DNA of 38,864 nt, from positions 1 to 38,864 of the forward strand of contig JAXGJB010000027.1 in NCBI GenBank assembly GCA_040770465.1. The letters are read 5' to 3'. The notes under the pieces are model-generated. The model did not search any database, was not told the origin of the DNA, and was given only the letters and a program-made list of their open reading frames with translations. Numbering within the stretch: position 1 is the stretch's first letter; each line of letters begins with the position of its first letter. A program made the translations under genes and the position numbers. This document shows, in pieces, positions 9,428 to 19,384 of the stretch. The stretch is from Methanothrix sp. GTDB lineage: Archaea > Halobacteriota > Methanosarcinia > Methanotrichales > Methanotrichaceae.

Positions 9428-10222
9428 TCATCGATCCACAGACGTCTTCGTCAGAGATATTGCTTCAGTCAGCGATCTTGCCGCAGGACACCAGTCGGCC
9501 GGCGGCTCTCCCCCTACAGTCCGGGGCGAGAGGAGGGGGAAGGCCCTGCAGACGATGGGCCTTGCCGGATGTATCTTGCAGAGGCCCTTCGCCTCGTCGA
9601 GGAAGATGCAGGGAGAGGTCTTCTTTATCGCCCAGGCCCGCTGCCCCTCCACCTCGACGGAGGCGGCGTACTTCTGGATCGTCTTTCTTACGCTGATCCC
9701 GAGATGGGCCGATAGCCTCTCGACGTCCTGGGGCTCCAGGCTTATGGGGCTTGAGAGGGTGCAGCACCTCCCGCACCTCTCGCAATCCAGGCTGGAGGCG
9801 ATCTTGTAGAGCCAGGAGCCGCGATCGGGATCGGGGATTTCGGGGTCGAGGCCGACGCCACCCATAAGCCCGATCGCCTCCATCACCCTTCGATGGACCC
9901 GCGGCGAGTTGAAGGCCGCCGGAAGCCAGGTGGGCTCGCGGCAAGGCTTCTGGACGTAGGATACGGGCAGGTCAAGAAATAGGCCGTCGAGGTGGTAGGC
10001 GGTCCTGGAGATCGGCGACCAGAATACCCTCCCCTCGGCCACAAGAGCGATCAGCGCCTCGCCCACCTCCCGCGAGAGGCCGGGCGCCACCACCAGGTTC
10101 TCGGCGCAGGTGACCGCCCCCTCCGGGTCCTCGCCGAAGGCCTTGGCGATCCGCGCTGAGGTGACGTGCCTCTCGGAATGGATGAAACTTTCGATCTTTC
10201 GTTTCAGCTCCGCGCTCGTCAT
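9428..10222 (-). CDS. YkgJ-family cysteine-cluster protein with an extra N-terminal domain
   Basis: CERCGRCC...PCIFL...CKIHPARPIVCRAFP; likely start MTSAELK at 10222 with GGGGTGA upstream. Confidence 0.85.
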   Translation of the reverse strand: MTSAELKRKIESFIHSERHVTSARIAKAFGEDPEGAVTCAENLVVAPGLSREVGEALIALVAEGRVFWSPISRTAYHLDGLFLDLPVSYVQKPCREPTWLPAAFNSPRVHRRVMEAIGLMGGVGLDPEIPDPDRGSWLYKIASSLDCERCGRCCTLSSPISLEPQDVERLSAHLGISVRKTIQKYAASVEVEGQRAWAIKKTSPCIFLDEAKGLCKIHPARPIVCRAFPLLSPRTVGGEPPADWCPAARSLTEAISLTKTSVDR

Positions 10223-10364
10223 CTGGACTTCACCCCAAAGGTCGTTCCGGGATGGGCGGGTCTCCTCTAAGTATATGTCCCCTGGATGCGAGACGAAAAA
10301 GCGAGACAAAAAAAGAAGGCGATGCCCCTGATGGAGGCATCATACCTCGGGCTCTATTTCTCCC

Positions 10365-11897
10365 TCAGAGGAAGGCCATCTTGTTCAATGGTATCGGAAC
10401 CCCAATGGCGATCCCGCCCTTGGTGTAGAAGAGGTCCACCTCGCCGTTGTGGGCCCAGTACCAGTTGGGGTAGTAGAGGGTGAGGGCGGGAAGATCTTCG
10501 GCGTAGAGGCTCTGGGCCTCGTCGATCAAATCGGCCCTATCGTCCTCGTCGGTCTCAGTCTCCTGATCCTCAAGGAGAGACGCCAGCTCGTCGTCCTCGT
10601 GGTACTGCGCGCTGTTGAGGGTCTCGTCCAGGGTCATCCTCCGGAGGTAGTCGGGGTCTGCTCCGAGGCCGCCGTGGCCGAGGAGGGCGAGGTCGAAGTC
10701 CCAGGCCAGCACCTTTGTATCCAGGGCGGCCCCGTCCAGGGATCGGAGGGTCACCTCGAGGCCTGCGTCCTCCAGCTGCTGCTCGATCAGCTCGGCCACC
10801 CGGGAGCCGGGCCAGCCGACGGTCCCCCGCTCGGCCACCAGGATCTCCACCTCTTCGCCCTCGAGTCCGAGATCGATGATCATATCTCTCGCCAGATCCG
10901 GATCGTACTCGTACTCTTCGACGTCGGGGTTGTACCAGTCGCTGTCAGGAGGGACCAGTCCGGGGTTGCCCGCCAGGGCCTCGCCGCGCTGGGTTACGTC
11001 CACCAGGGCCTCCCGGTCGATGGCGTAGGCGAGAGCCCGCCTGAACTCGGGGTCTGAGAAGGGCTCCTTCTGGTGGTTGATCATCAGCTTCGCGTTCCAG
11101 TCGTGGGCGCCCTCGATGATCTCAAGCCCCTCGTCCTCCAGCTGGGACGTGGCCTCGGGGGGGACGGAGGCGGCGTCCACCGATCCCTGGGTGAGGCCGG
11201 CGGGGGCGGTCTGGTCGGTCATCTTGACGAAGATGATCCTTCCCACTTTTGGGGTTCCCAGATAGTAGTCGTCGCGGGCCTCGTAGAGGTAAGTCCCCTG
11301 GGCCTTGTTGTAGTCAGCGAGCCTGAAGGGGCCTGTCCCCACCAGGGCCTCATCGTCGCTGAAGCTCGCGGGGTCGGAGACCCCGTCCCAGATGTGCTCG
11401 GGAAGGATCGGAAGGGTACAGGCGACCAGGTCCATGAAGGGGGCGTAGGGCTCGGACAGGTAGAGCTTCACCCCGTTATCACCGGTGGCCTCGGCAGATT
11501 CGATTATCCCGGAGTCGACCCACTGGTAGGGGTGATCTTGGAAGTAGTCGACGGTGAAGACGACGTCAGAGGCGTCGAAGGGCTCGCCGTCGTGCCAGGT
11601 GACGCCCTCTTGAAGCTCGAAGGAGTAGGCGTTCTCGTCCTCGATAAACTGCCAGCTTTCGGCCAGGGCAGGAAGGTACTCTTCATCGTCCTTCCAGACG
11701 AGGGTGTCGAAGACGAAGCTCATCCGGACGTATCCGGGGCCCCGGGAGTAGTGGCCGAAGGGCGAGGGAAAGCCCCAGTCTCCCGTGGCGTCGGCGATGG
11801 TGTACTCGGCCACCTCGTAGTCTGTGGCTCCGGCGGTCCCCATGGCGACGAGCGCCAGGAGGGCCAATGCCGGGACGAAGATAAGGAGTTTTAGCAT
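10365..11897 (-). CDS. Family 5 ABC solute-binding protein (Opp/Nik type)
   Basis: Signal peptide; PALAESW, WHDGEPFDASDVVFT, GTGPF, RRALAYAIDRE; GAGGTG upstream. Confidence 0.95.
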   Translation of the reverse strand: MLKLLIFVPALALLALVAMGTAGATDYEVAEYTIADATGDWGFPSPFGHYSRGPGYVRMSFVFDTLVWKDDEEYLPALAESWQFIEDENAYSFELQEGVTWHDGEPFDASDVVFTVDYFQDHPYQWVDSGIIESAEATGDNGVKLYLSEPYAPFMDLVACTLPILPEHIWDGVSDPASFSDDEALVGTGPFRLADYNKAQGTYLYEARDDYYLGTPKVGRIIFVKMTDQTAPAGLTQGSVDAASVPPEATSQLEDEGLEIIEGAHDWNAKLMINHQKEPFSDPEFRRALAYAIDREALVDVTQRGEALAGNPGLVPPDSDWYNPDVEEYEYDPDLARDMIIDLGLEGEEVEILVAERGTVGWPGSRVAELIEQQLEDAGLEVTLRSLDGAALDTKVLAWDFDLALLGHGGLGADPDYLRRMTLDETLNSAQYHEDDELASLLEDQETETDEDDRADLIDEAQSLYAEDLPALTLYYPNWYWAHNGEVDLFYTKGGIAIGVPIPLNKMAFL

Positions 11898-12323
11898 TTT
11901 GAAACACCTCTTTTCGAATGGTCGGATCTTATGTTACTTATGTTATGATCGAAAATTCTAGTTGCCTGATTTATGAACTTATTCTTTTGAGCACGTTGAA
12001 AACGAGAATTTGAGATTTGAATCTATTCAAAAACAATCTCAGCACCAATCTCAGCATCACACATTTAACATAATATCTGGAAATAAATTAACATCATTAA
12101 TGTACTCATCTGGGAAAGAGTCTATTTTCGGCATCCCTCTTTTCGCCATTTGCAAGTTAGTCATACTAATTACGGCAAACATCTTAAATACAGAAATCAG
12201 TCTAACCGAATCGATAGGTCAAAGAGAAAAACTGGACCATCCCGCCCCTGCAGGCAGCGCAGCGGCATTGCAGGCAAGGCTGGGGCTGGGGCCGAGAACG
12301 GAAAATTCGAGGTGAACATCACG

Positions 12324-13196
12324 ATGAACCCCATGACTGAGATAGACTGGAACGAGGTTTGGATTGATCAGATGAAGAGGAGCCGGATGGTGAGCACCGC
12401 CCGCGAGTGTGCTCGAATCTGGGAGAGCCGGGAGAGCGCCATCAAGTTCTGGAACATGTCAAAAGAGAACAGCCACCGCGTCGAGAGGACGATCGCGGGA
12501 ACCGATTTCGCCCCGGAGTCACGGGTCCTGGACATCGGCTCAGGCCCCGGAACCCTCGCCATCCCCTTCGCTCAGCGAGTCGCCGGCGTCACCGCCGTCG
12601 AGCCTGCTGAGGGGATGGTCTCGGTCCTCAAAGAGAAGATGGCCGAGGAGGGGGTCAGTAACATCGACGTCGTCCAGAAGCGGTGGGAGGACGTCTCCGT
12701 CGCCGACGACCTGGACCCGCCCTACGACGTGGTGATCGCCTCCTTCTCCCTGGGGATGCCCGACATCAGGGCGGCGATCGAGAAGATGATCGCTGCCTCC
12801 GCCCCAGGCGGCCACATCTACCTCTACCACTTCGCCGGGGAGACCCACTGGGACCGGGACTGCCGGGACCTCTGGCCGAGGCTCCACGGCAAGGAGTACA
12901 CGCCCGGCCCCAAGGCCGACGTTCTCTACAACGTCCTCTATCAGATGGGGATCTACCCTTCCATGAGCACCTTCCAGCTCCAGCACAGCCAGCGGTTCGC
13001 CAACAAGGGGGAGGCGATGGAGCACTTCCGCAGCCAGTACCACATATCGACGGCGGAGCAGGAGGCGATCGTGCAGGATCACCTGGGCCGGGTTCTCGTA
13101 GAGGAGAACGGGGGCTTCAGCCTCCCGGCGTCGTCGATCAGGGTCAAGATCTGGTGGGAAACGGGGTCGCAAGAGGATGGCTTGGTCGAGAGCTGA
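12324..13196 (+). CDS. Class I SAM-dependent methyltransferase
   Basis: VLDIGSGPGTL motif I, YDVVIAS; GAGGTGA precedes ATG 12324 (the ORF-track start at 12150 is probably over-extended). Confidence 0.9.
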   Translation: MNPMTEIDWNEVWIDQMKRSRMVSTARECARIWESRESAIKFWNMSKENSHRVERTIAGTDFAPESRVLDIGSGPGTLAIPFAQRVAGVTAVEPAEGMVSVLKEKMAEEGVSNIDVVQKRWEDVSVADDLDPPYDVVIASFSLGMPDIRAAIEKMIAASAPGGHIYLYHFAGETHWDRDCRDLWPRLHGKEYTPGPKADVLYNVLYQMGIYPSMSTFQLQHSQRFANKGEAMEHFRSQYHISTAEQEAIVQDHLGRVLVEENGGFSLPASSIRVKIWWETGSQEDGLVES

Positions 13197-13429
13197 CGGG
13201 ACGGCGCCTGGATGGGGAGAGGGGCAGGGGGCGCTCTCTCCCCGAAACGGCCCTATCAAGATCGATATGAACACAATTTTAAACTCGAAAGCTATATTGT
13301 CTGTGGTGTAGGGATTTGGTCGACCAGGCGGAGATCCATCGAAAGTGCATAAGCGATAACGTCGAAGACCGCAAAAGGGCAGCGACTCAAATCGGAAAAA
13401 ATTTTGCCAATCTTACCGATAAAGATTCA

Positions 13430-15049
13430 GCCTGGCAAGATCTGCATCGTTTGACAGCCGACGAGGATAGAAGGGTTCGAGTGAGTGCTACTGACGCACT
13501 TGGTTCCGCTTTCTCTCACCTCCCCGAAAAAGATTCAGCCTGGCAAGATCTGATTCGGCTGATAGAAGACCAAGATCGCTATGTTCGGAGGGGGGCTGCC
13601 GACGCACTTGGTTTTGCCTTCCCTCACCTTCCCGACAAAGACGCAGGATGGCAAGATCTGCATCGCCTGGCTGGAGATGAGGACAATAATGTGCGAAGAG
13701 GGATTGCTAGCTCTATTGGCTCGGCTTTCCCCCACCTTTCCGACAAAAAAGCAGCAGGGCAAGATTTGCATCGGCTAACCGGCGACGAGGATTGGATTGT
13801 GAGGGTATGGGCTGCCCGCGCTATTGGTACCGCCTACCCCTACCTCCCCGAAATAGACGGCGCATGGCAAGATCTGATTCGGCTAACTGGTGATGAGTAC
13901 AGAGATGTGCGATCGGAGGCTGCCAATTCTCTCAGCTCCTCCTTCCCCCTTCATCCTGACAAAGAAAGAGCCTGGAACGATCTGATTTGGCTAACTGGTA
14001 ACGAGTACAGAGATGTGCAAGAGGGGGCTGTCCGTGCAATTGGCATCGCTTTTCTCCACGTTCCCAATAAAGACGCTGCCTGGCAAGATCTAATCCAATT
14101 AACCGTTAACGAGGAAAGCTCTGTACGATCGGAGGCTGCAAGAGCTCTTCGATCCGCTTTCTCCTACGTTCCAAATAAAGACGCTGCCTGGCAAGACATT
14201 CATCGTTTGACCACCTATGAGGACAGCTTTGTACGATCGGTGGCTGCTCGAACTCTTGGTATCGCCTTCCCCCACCTTCCCGTCAAAGAAGCCGCTTGGC
14301 AAGATCTGCATCGGCTAACTGGTGACGAGGACAACTCTGTGCGATCGGTGGCTGCTCGAACTCTTGGTATCGCCTTCCCCCACCTTCCCGTCAAAGAAAC
14401 CGCTTGGCAAGATCTGCATCGGCTAACTGGTGACGAGGACAACTCTGTGCGATCGGTGGCTGCAAGAGCTCTTCGATTTGCCTTCTCCGACGTTCACGAC
14501 AAGGAAGCTGCGTGGCAAGATCTGCATCGGCTAACTGATGATGAGGACCGCACTGTTCGATCTGAGGCTGCCAACGCTCTTCAATTCGTCTTCTCCGACG
14601 TGCTTGACAAGGAAACAGCCTGGCAGGATATTATTCGGCTGACGAGCGACGAGGACAGTTTTGTGCGTAAGGAGGCTGCCGGCGCTCTTCGGTTCGTCCA
14701 CTCTGACGTGCTTGACAAGAACACAGTCTGGCAAGATCTTATTCGGCTGACGAGCGACGGGGACAGTGATGTGCGATATTTGGCTGCTGACGTTCTTGGC
14801 GCCGCGTTCTCCGCCGTTCCCGACAAGGACGCTGCCTGGCAAGATCTGCATCGGCTAACTGGTGACAAGGATAGCTCTGTGCGAACATGGGCTGCCAACG
14901 CTCTTGGCGCCGCGTTCTCCGCCGTTCCCGACAAGGACGCTGCCTGGCAAGATCTTCATCGATTGACAGGCGACGAGTCCAGCGATGTGCGAGTGTCCGC
15001 AAACCATTCTCTAGGCAAGGCCTCGATATTCAAGGCGACAGAGGCTGAG
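13430..15049 (+). repeat. Intragenic tandem array of 15 x 108-bp (36-aa) HEAT-like units
   Basis: AWQDLHRLTGDEDxxVRxxAAxALG unit; aactcttggt recurs at 14251 and 14359, exactly 108 bp apart. Confidence 0.95.
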
Positions 15050-15900
15050 GGCGGAGAGGACTTCAGAATAGAGCTGGAAAACGCACTGAAATATTTCGAG
15101 ATGTCCGCCGCAGAAGCTTCGTTTTTCAATCCGGCCAAATTCTGTCTTCCTTTCTATCGATCATTTTATGTTCTTACCTTCAAGAAGGAGGGCTCTGAAG
15201 CGGAGGTACAGAAATCTCTGGCAGAGGCAAAAAGAGCGTCGGAAGGATCGAAGAGCAGAGAAGACCTGCTGGAAGCGGTAGAGAATCTATCAAATGCCCT
15301 GAAAGAAACCCAAAGTCTGCGAGAAAGGGGTTTTGAAGCTGCAAAATGCGATCTCAATTCTTACAGGCTGTACTGCGACCGTGCTGTGGAGCTTCTGGAC
15401 GAAAACGAAGATAGGGCACCAGGAGCAACGAGAATTCTCAAGAGAGGACTGCCGATAATCAATCATCGGATAAAAGAAACGATAGATGAGATTCAGAAAA
15501 ACGCGAAAGCCATATGCTTACAAACCCGAGGCACTGGCACGCCTTTCGAATCGCTGGGCTCGGAAATTAACCAGTTAGCTGGGGAACTCTCTGGAGATTA
15601 TCTTAAATCTGAAATATCTGCATCCAGGATTGCATCTATTTTGAGAAAGATGTGCAAACTACTACCTGCAGACGAGAGAAGTCACGCCTGCGAAATCGTA
15701 GCTGAGATTGATGACGAAATGGAAATTGGATATAAATTGAGCAAAATTGAACTTGCTTTAACTTTCATTCAGCCCAATATCGAAATAGCGTTGCGAGATG
15801 AAAAATCAGATCAAATAATTGCTAAATTAGATGAACTAAAATATGATCTGAAAGAGCTGTCAACGACGCTTCTCAATCGGTTAGATGAGAACAAAAAGAT

Positions 15901-17201
15901 GGCTCCTCGCTGTTTCATGTGGGTAGGTTGAACTTGAGTTTTCCTAATCTTAGATATATAGTTATGACGAAATTCTTTGTTGTTCTGAATCCTCTCGCGT
16001 CGTCTTTTGCCGATTGAATGAGGCTATTTATTCCCTCTAAGATTCCATTATCTATCCTTGTATTTATATAGTTCAGAACTCCTTTCCAATGCCCCTTGAT
16101 CGCTTTTGCGGTATCAATAACCGGGTTTAACCTGCTGTGTGTCGCCCAGAAGTACCATCGTTTCAGATAATCTTCGGCCAATAACGGGTCTTTGAAGTTC
16201 CAGAAATCTCGTAAGCTCAATTTGATGTTGTAAGCTCTCAAGGTTTTTAACCTCATATCTCTTAGAGACCCCAATTCATATCTCTGTTTTTTCGTGAGTT
16301 TCTCAGGATTTTTTAGCCAGATATATCTTGTATGCTTCAAGTTGCTGTTATGGGATTGCTCTTCACGTCTCACTTGATCCACTGCTTGGTTCATCAGCTT
16401 CATAACATGGAACTTATCGAATGTTATTGATGTTTCTGGGAAGTTCCTAGTGACTCCAGATATGAATGCGGGGGACATATCACAGCAGAAATTACGTACA
16501 TTTTTAAAAGAGCCATTATGATCCTCAAGGTCATCTCTAAACGACTCAATTGCCGAAGCATCTTTTCCTTCACATACATATAAAACTTTAGATTTATCCA
16601 AATCTACGAAAACTGATACGTATTTGTGACCTTTTGCTCTTGATGTCTCATCAACACCTACTGATTCAACCTCTGAGAAATCCTCTTCCGATCTTGCTTT
16701 TAGTACGTAGTGCTCCAGGACTCGCCATATCCGGGTATCGCATTCTTCGATCAGGTCCGCAACAGATTTAACGGGCATATGCTGAGCCATTAAGATTATC
16801 AAGGAATCCATGAGGAGGGAAAAACCGCTACCCTTCCTTGCCCAAGGCACCTTGACAAGTTTGACTCCGCAGGTTTCACATTTCGTTCTGGGAACGCGAC
16901 AATGAAGGTAGGTTTTAAACTGGAAGAAATTTAGATGACGCCAAGTCCTATCGATTGTATCATGAACATCGCATTCAGAGTTGCCGCATCTAGGACATGG
17001 AAATTTGCCACCACGTTCGAAATCTATGTAGATGTCGAGTCGCTTCCCTTCCACGTCGAAGTCGATTGAGTCGATTAACCAGGGAGGCTGTAGGTTCAGT
17101 GCCTGCTTGAAAAGATCCTCTTGTGAGATTGACATGCTTTTTATTCGATAGCATGAGATGATAAATGGCTATCTATTACCCACACGGAACAGCGAAGAGC
17201 C
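15901..17201 (-). mobile_element. Complete ISL3-family insertion sequence (1301 bp)
   Basis: 25-bp imperfect inverted repeats GGCTCCTCGCTGTTTCATGTGGGTA versus GGCTCTTCGCTGTTCCGTGTGGGTA (22/25); 8-bp target duplication AAAAAGAT at 15893-15900 and 17202-17209. Confidence 0.96.
15915..17135 (-). CDS. ISL3-family transposase
   Basis: Zinc finger CPRC...CETC, RTWRHL, GVDET, CDMSPAF, FDKFHV, NGILEGINS. Confidence 0.96.
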   Translation of the reverse strand: MSISQEDLFKQALNLQPPWLIDSIDFDVEGKRLDIYIDFERGGKFPCPRCGNSECDVHDTIDRTWRHLNFFQFKTYLHCRVPRTKCETCGVKLVKVPWARKGSGFSLLMDSLIILMAQHMPVKSVADLIEECDTRIWRVLEHYVLKARSEEDFSEVESVGVDETSRAKGHKYVSVFVDLDKSKVLYVCEGKDASAIESFRDDLEDHNGSFKNVRNFCCDMSPAFISGVTRNFPETSITFDKFHVMKLMNQAVDQVRREEQSHNSNLKHTRYIWLKNPEKLTKKQRYELGSLRDMRLKTLRAYNIKLSLRDFWNFKDPLLAEDYLKRWYFWATHSRLNPVIDTAKAIKGHWKGVLNYINTRIDNGILEGINSLIQSAKDDARGFRTTKNFVITIYLRLGKLKFNLPT

Positions 17202-17553
17202 AAAAAGATCCTCATCTCAACAATACTCGATCAAAGCGATCAAGAGCAAATGAACGAGATGCTGGACCTCGTAAAGCAGGTATTATCGGAGATTCAGCAT
17301 CAAGAACTTCGACGTCCTATTACTTCAGACTATGTAGAGCAGTCATTGAAGGTAGTTGATGACACAAGGCTCAAGGCCGCAGACAAGCTGAAATTCATAC
17401 TGCCCCTCATATTTTTCCAATATGAGCATGAAATCACACTTGAGAAAGGGGTGAACCTGAGCGCTGCACTAGGCCGATTGGTAGGCTGGGCGCGGAGAAA
17501 ACGGTAAGCCCGCCGGGGGAGGGCCGTCAGAATTCTAGACCTGACTTTCTCTC

Positions 17554-18381
17554 TCAGTAGTGCACCAACGTCCCCTCCATCTTCGCCTTCCGGACCGCGT
17601 ACCTGAAGGCGAGAAGGCTCGCAGGAAGGAGGATCGCCGAGAAGAGGACCAGGGTCCCCACGTCAGGCGCCAGGTCCCGCAGGGTGTAGCCCTGGAGGAG
17701 GGCGTGCCTCATCCCGTTCAGCGAGTAGGTCATCGGGAGGAGGTGCGAGACCGTCTGAAGCCACGCCGGCAGGACGGTGATGGGGAAGAAGACCCCCCCG
17801 AATAGCTCCGAGGTGCTCATGAAGAGCATGTTGATCGGGTCGCCCCTCTTGAAGATCATGATGAAGCTCGCCGAAAGGATCCCAATGCTGGAGAAGCACA
17901 CTATGGTGAGGCCGAGGATGATCAGCGCCCCAAGGACGTTGGCGCCCGCGAGGCTCACCCCAAGCAGGACCCCGATCATGAGGTAGAGGAGGACCCGGAA
18001 GGAGGCGAAGATGAAGTTCCAGAGGGTGGAGAGGGTGATGATCGCCGAGGCGTCGGTGGGGGTGACCAGCATCGCCTCCAGGGTCCCCATCATCTGCTCG
18101 TCCCGGACGCTCTCGGAGAAGCCCCGTAGCGAGACCATCAGATACCCGGAGAAGGCGATCCCGATGAGGACGAAGGAGAAGTAGTCGCCGCCGTAAGGCT
18201 CCAGGTACTTCGCCCCGGCGGTCCCGATCAGCTTGGCGACGAAGTAGTAGGTGAGGATGTTGAAGAACATGAAGAAGAGCCGGAGGAAGAACTCGAACTT
18301 GTAGCTCATCTGGAGCATGTAGCTCCTCCTCACGAAAGAGAGGGCCTTCCGATAGGTCGCGAACATATCACCCACCTTCAT
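17554..18381 (-). CDS. ABC-2 type exporter permease
   Basis: EQMMGTLEAMLVTP, GVFFPITVLPAWLQ, LPMTY; ATGA overlap with the upstream ATPase. Confidence 0.92.
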   Translation of the reverse strand: MKVGDMFATYRKALSFVRRSYMLQMSYKFEFFLRLFFMFFNILTYYFVAKLIGTAGAKYLEPYGGDYFSFVLIGIAFSGYLMVSLRGFSESVRDEQMMGTLEAMLVTPTDASAIITLSTLWNFIFASFRVLLYLMIGVLLGVSLAGANVLGALIILGLTIVCFSSIGILSASFIMIFKRGDPINMLFMSTSELFGGVFFPITVLPAWLQTVSHLLPMTYSLNGMRHALLQGYTLRDLAPDVGTLVLFSAILLPASLLAFRYAVRKAKMEGTLVHY

Positions 18382-19277
18382 ACCCCACCCCTCCTCCTGC
18401 CGAGGCCGCCGCCCCGGTGGGGAAAGCCCCTCCGATTGAGGCGGAATCCCGGAGCCGTTGTCCCGGCTCCGCCCCTCTCCTCAAACTTCTTTCCAGTGTA
18501 ATGGAGGAAGACGTCGGAGAGCTTCGAGCCGTCGCCCAGACTCGCCTTCAGGTCGGCGGGGCTGCCGATGACCTTTATCCTGCCGTCGTCGAAGATCGCC
18601 ACCCGATCGCAGAGCTCTTCCGCCTCTTCGAGGTTGTGGGTCGAGATGAAGATCGTCTTTCCCCGCTCCTTCACGATCTCCTCTTTTATGAAATTTCTCA
18701 GGCCCTGGGCTGCTCCCGGATCGAGGCTCCTCGTCGGCTCGTCCATGAATAGGACCGCAGGATCGTTGAGGAGCCCCCGGGCGATGGCCATCCTCTGCTT
18801 CATCCCCGCCGAGTAGTTGAGAAACCTCTCGTCAGCGGCATACTTCAGATCCACGACCCCGAGAAGCTCGTCGACCATATTTCTGGCGTCGTCGGAGTAG
18901 AAGTTGTGAAGGGAGGCGAAGAACTCCAGGTTCTGCCTCCCGGTGAGCCTCCAGTAGAAGCTCCTCTCATCGGTGGTGACCAGGCCAATCGACTCGCGAA
19001 CCCGTCCGCTCTCCTTCTCGATGTCGAAACCGTTTATCCGGGCTGAGCCCGCCGTCGGGAGGATCAGGGTGCAGAGGATCTTTATCAGCGTCGTCTTCCC
19101 CGCGCCGTTAGGCCCGAGGATGCCGAAGACCTCCCCCTTTTCGACCACCAGGTCGACCCCGTCCACCGGCGTGATCCCCCCAATTGCGGGCCGACGACGG
19201 ACGAGGTCGACGAGCCCCCTCGGCACCGTGAACGTCTTCGTCAGCCCAATCGTCTCAATAGCCTTCTCCCCGATGAT
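18378..19277 (-). CDS. ABC-2 type exporter ATPase (probable ATC start at 19277 or 19274)
   Basis: GPNGAGKTT, YSAGMKQR, MDEPT; typical N-terminus AIETIGLTKTF lies in frame upstream of the GTG at 19226. Confidence 0.9.
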   Translation of the reverse strand: MIGEKAIETIGLTKTFTVPRGLVDLVRRRPAIGGITPVDGVDLVVEKGEVFGILGPNGAGKTTLIKILCTLILPTAGSARINGFDIEKESGRVRESIGLVTTDERSFYWRLTGRQNLEFFASLHNFYSDDARNMVDELLGVVDLKYAADERFLNYSAGMKQRMAIARGLLNDPAVLFMDEPTRSLDPGAAQGLRNFIKEEIVKERGKTIFISTHNLEEAEELCDRVAIFDDGRIKVIGSPADLKASLGDGSKLSDVFLHYTGKKFEERGGAGTTAPGFRLNRRGFPHRGGGLGRRRGGV

Positions 19278-19384
19278 CCCGCCTCCATAATGCTGCGCTG
19301 CAGACTGACGCTCCCAAAGCTGACGCTCCCGAAATCTCCATCAACAGTTTCGATCTTCAGAACAAATTCTGAACAGAGATCGTA

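Larger units (their letters stand above)
13316..17507 (+). pseudogene. HEAT-repeat protein (about 960 aa intact) disrupted by an ISL3 insertion
   Basis: Removing the IS and one target duplication joins ...LDENKK|ILISTILDQSDQEQMNEMLDLVKQ... in frame with ORF 17250-17507. Confidence 0.92.

Noticed and set aside
1294-15049. LRR (66-bp) and HEAT (108-bp) periodicity as a CRISPR array or diversity-generating retroelement
   Set aside because: The repeats are in-frame coding units without unique spacers, and the window has no cas genes, reverse transcriptase or separate template repeat
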